The position numbers were made by a program, and so were the translations under genes. Positions 25,675-25,746 of a DNA stretch of 25,746 bases are shown here, piece by piece (the first letter of the stretch is position 1; each line of letters begins with the position of its first letter). The notes under the pieces were generated by a model that did not search any database, was not told the origin of the DNA, and worked only from the letters and a program-made list of their open reading frames with translations. Origin of the DNA: an uncultured virus (IMG/VR IMGVR_UViG_3300024518_000036) (lineage: Duplodnaviria > Heunggongvirae > Uroviricota > Caudoviricetes); IMG/VR virus record IMGVR_UViG_3300024518_000036. One strand, written 5' to 3'.

Positions 25675-25746
25675 CCAGCTTTGTTGCCCCGACCGGGGGT
25701 GCACCTCCAGTGGAAGGGGGGAAGGTCCGGAAGGGCCCTTTGGGAA
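25624..25746 (+). CDS. leader-family protein D, 3'-truncated by window edge
   Basis: Not in the ORF track. My translation: MAGRPRRRARRRNARKNPALLPRPGVHLQWKGGRSGRALWE, open to the end; same RBS as gene B. Confidence 0.8.
   Translation, partial: MAGRPRRRARRRNARKNPALLPRPGVHLQWKGGRSGRALWE

Overview
GC-rich, gene-dense segment that looks like a dsDNA phage or prophage genome; I see no host housekeeping genes, rRNA, tRNA or CRISPR array. From 1 to 16.4 kb (+ strand), small hypothetical genes precede a replication/recombination module: an SNF2-type helicase with an HNH-containing intein and a nested peptide repeat, a Cas4/AddB-like PD-(D/E)XK nuclease, a free-standing HNH endonuclease flanked by a duplication of the nuclease 3' end, a Sak4-like AAA ATPase, a putative SSB, a uracil-DNA-glycosylase/family A DNA polymerase fusion, an XRE HTH protein and a small Rad50/SbcC-like ATPase. 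From 16.5 to 21.7 kb there are a probable virion protein, three membrane proteins (possible holin/spanin-like cluster) and hypotheticals on both strands. From 22 kb to the end lies the most unusual part: an array of genes sharing a DNA repeat (gene end + RBS + Arg-rich N-terminal leader MAGRPRRRARRRNARKN...PTYxELME.A..YQVRLSPS) fused to different bodies. Two recurring intergenic motifs (TGYCA-N2-TGGCAA and GTAGCACYC) were also found. All product calls come from motif recognition by eye, with no database search.
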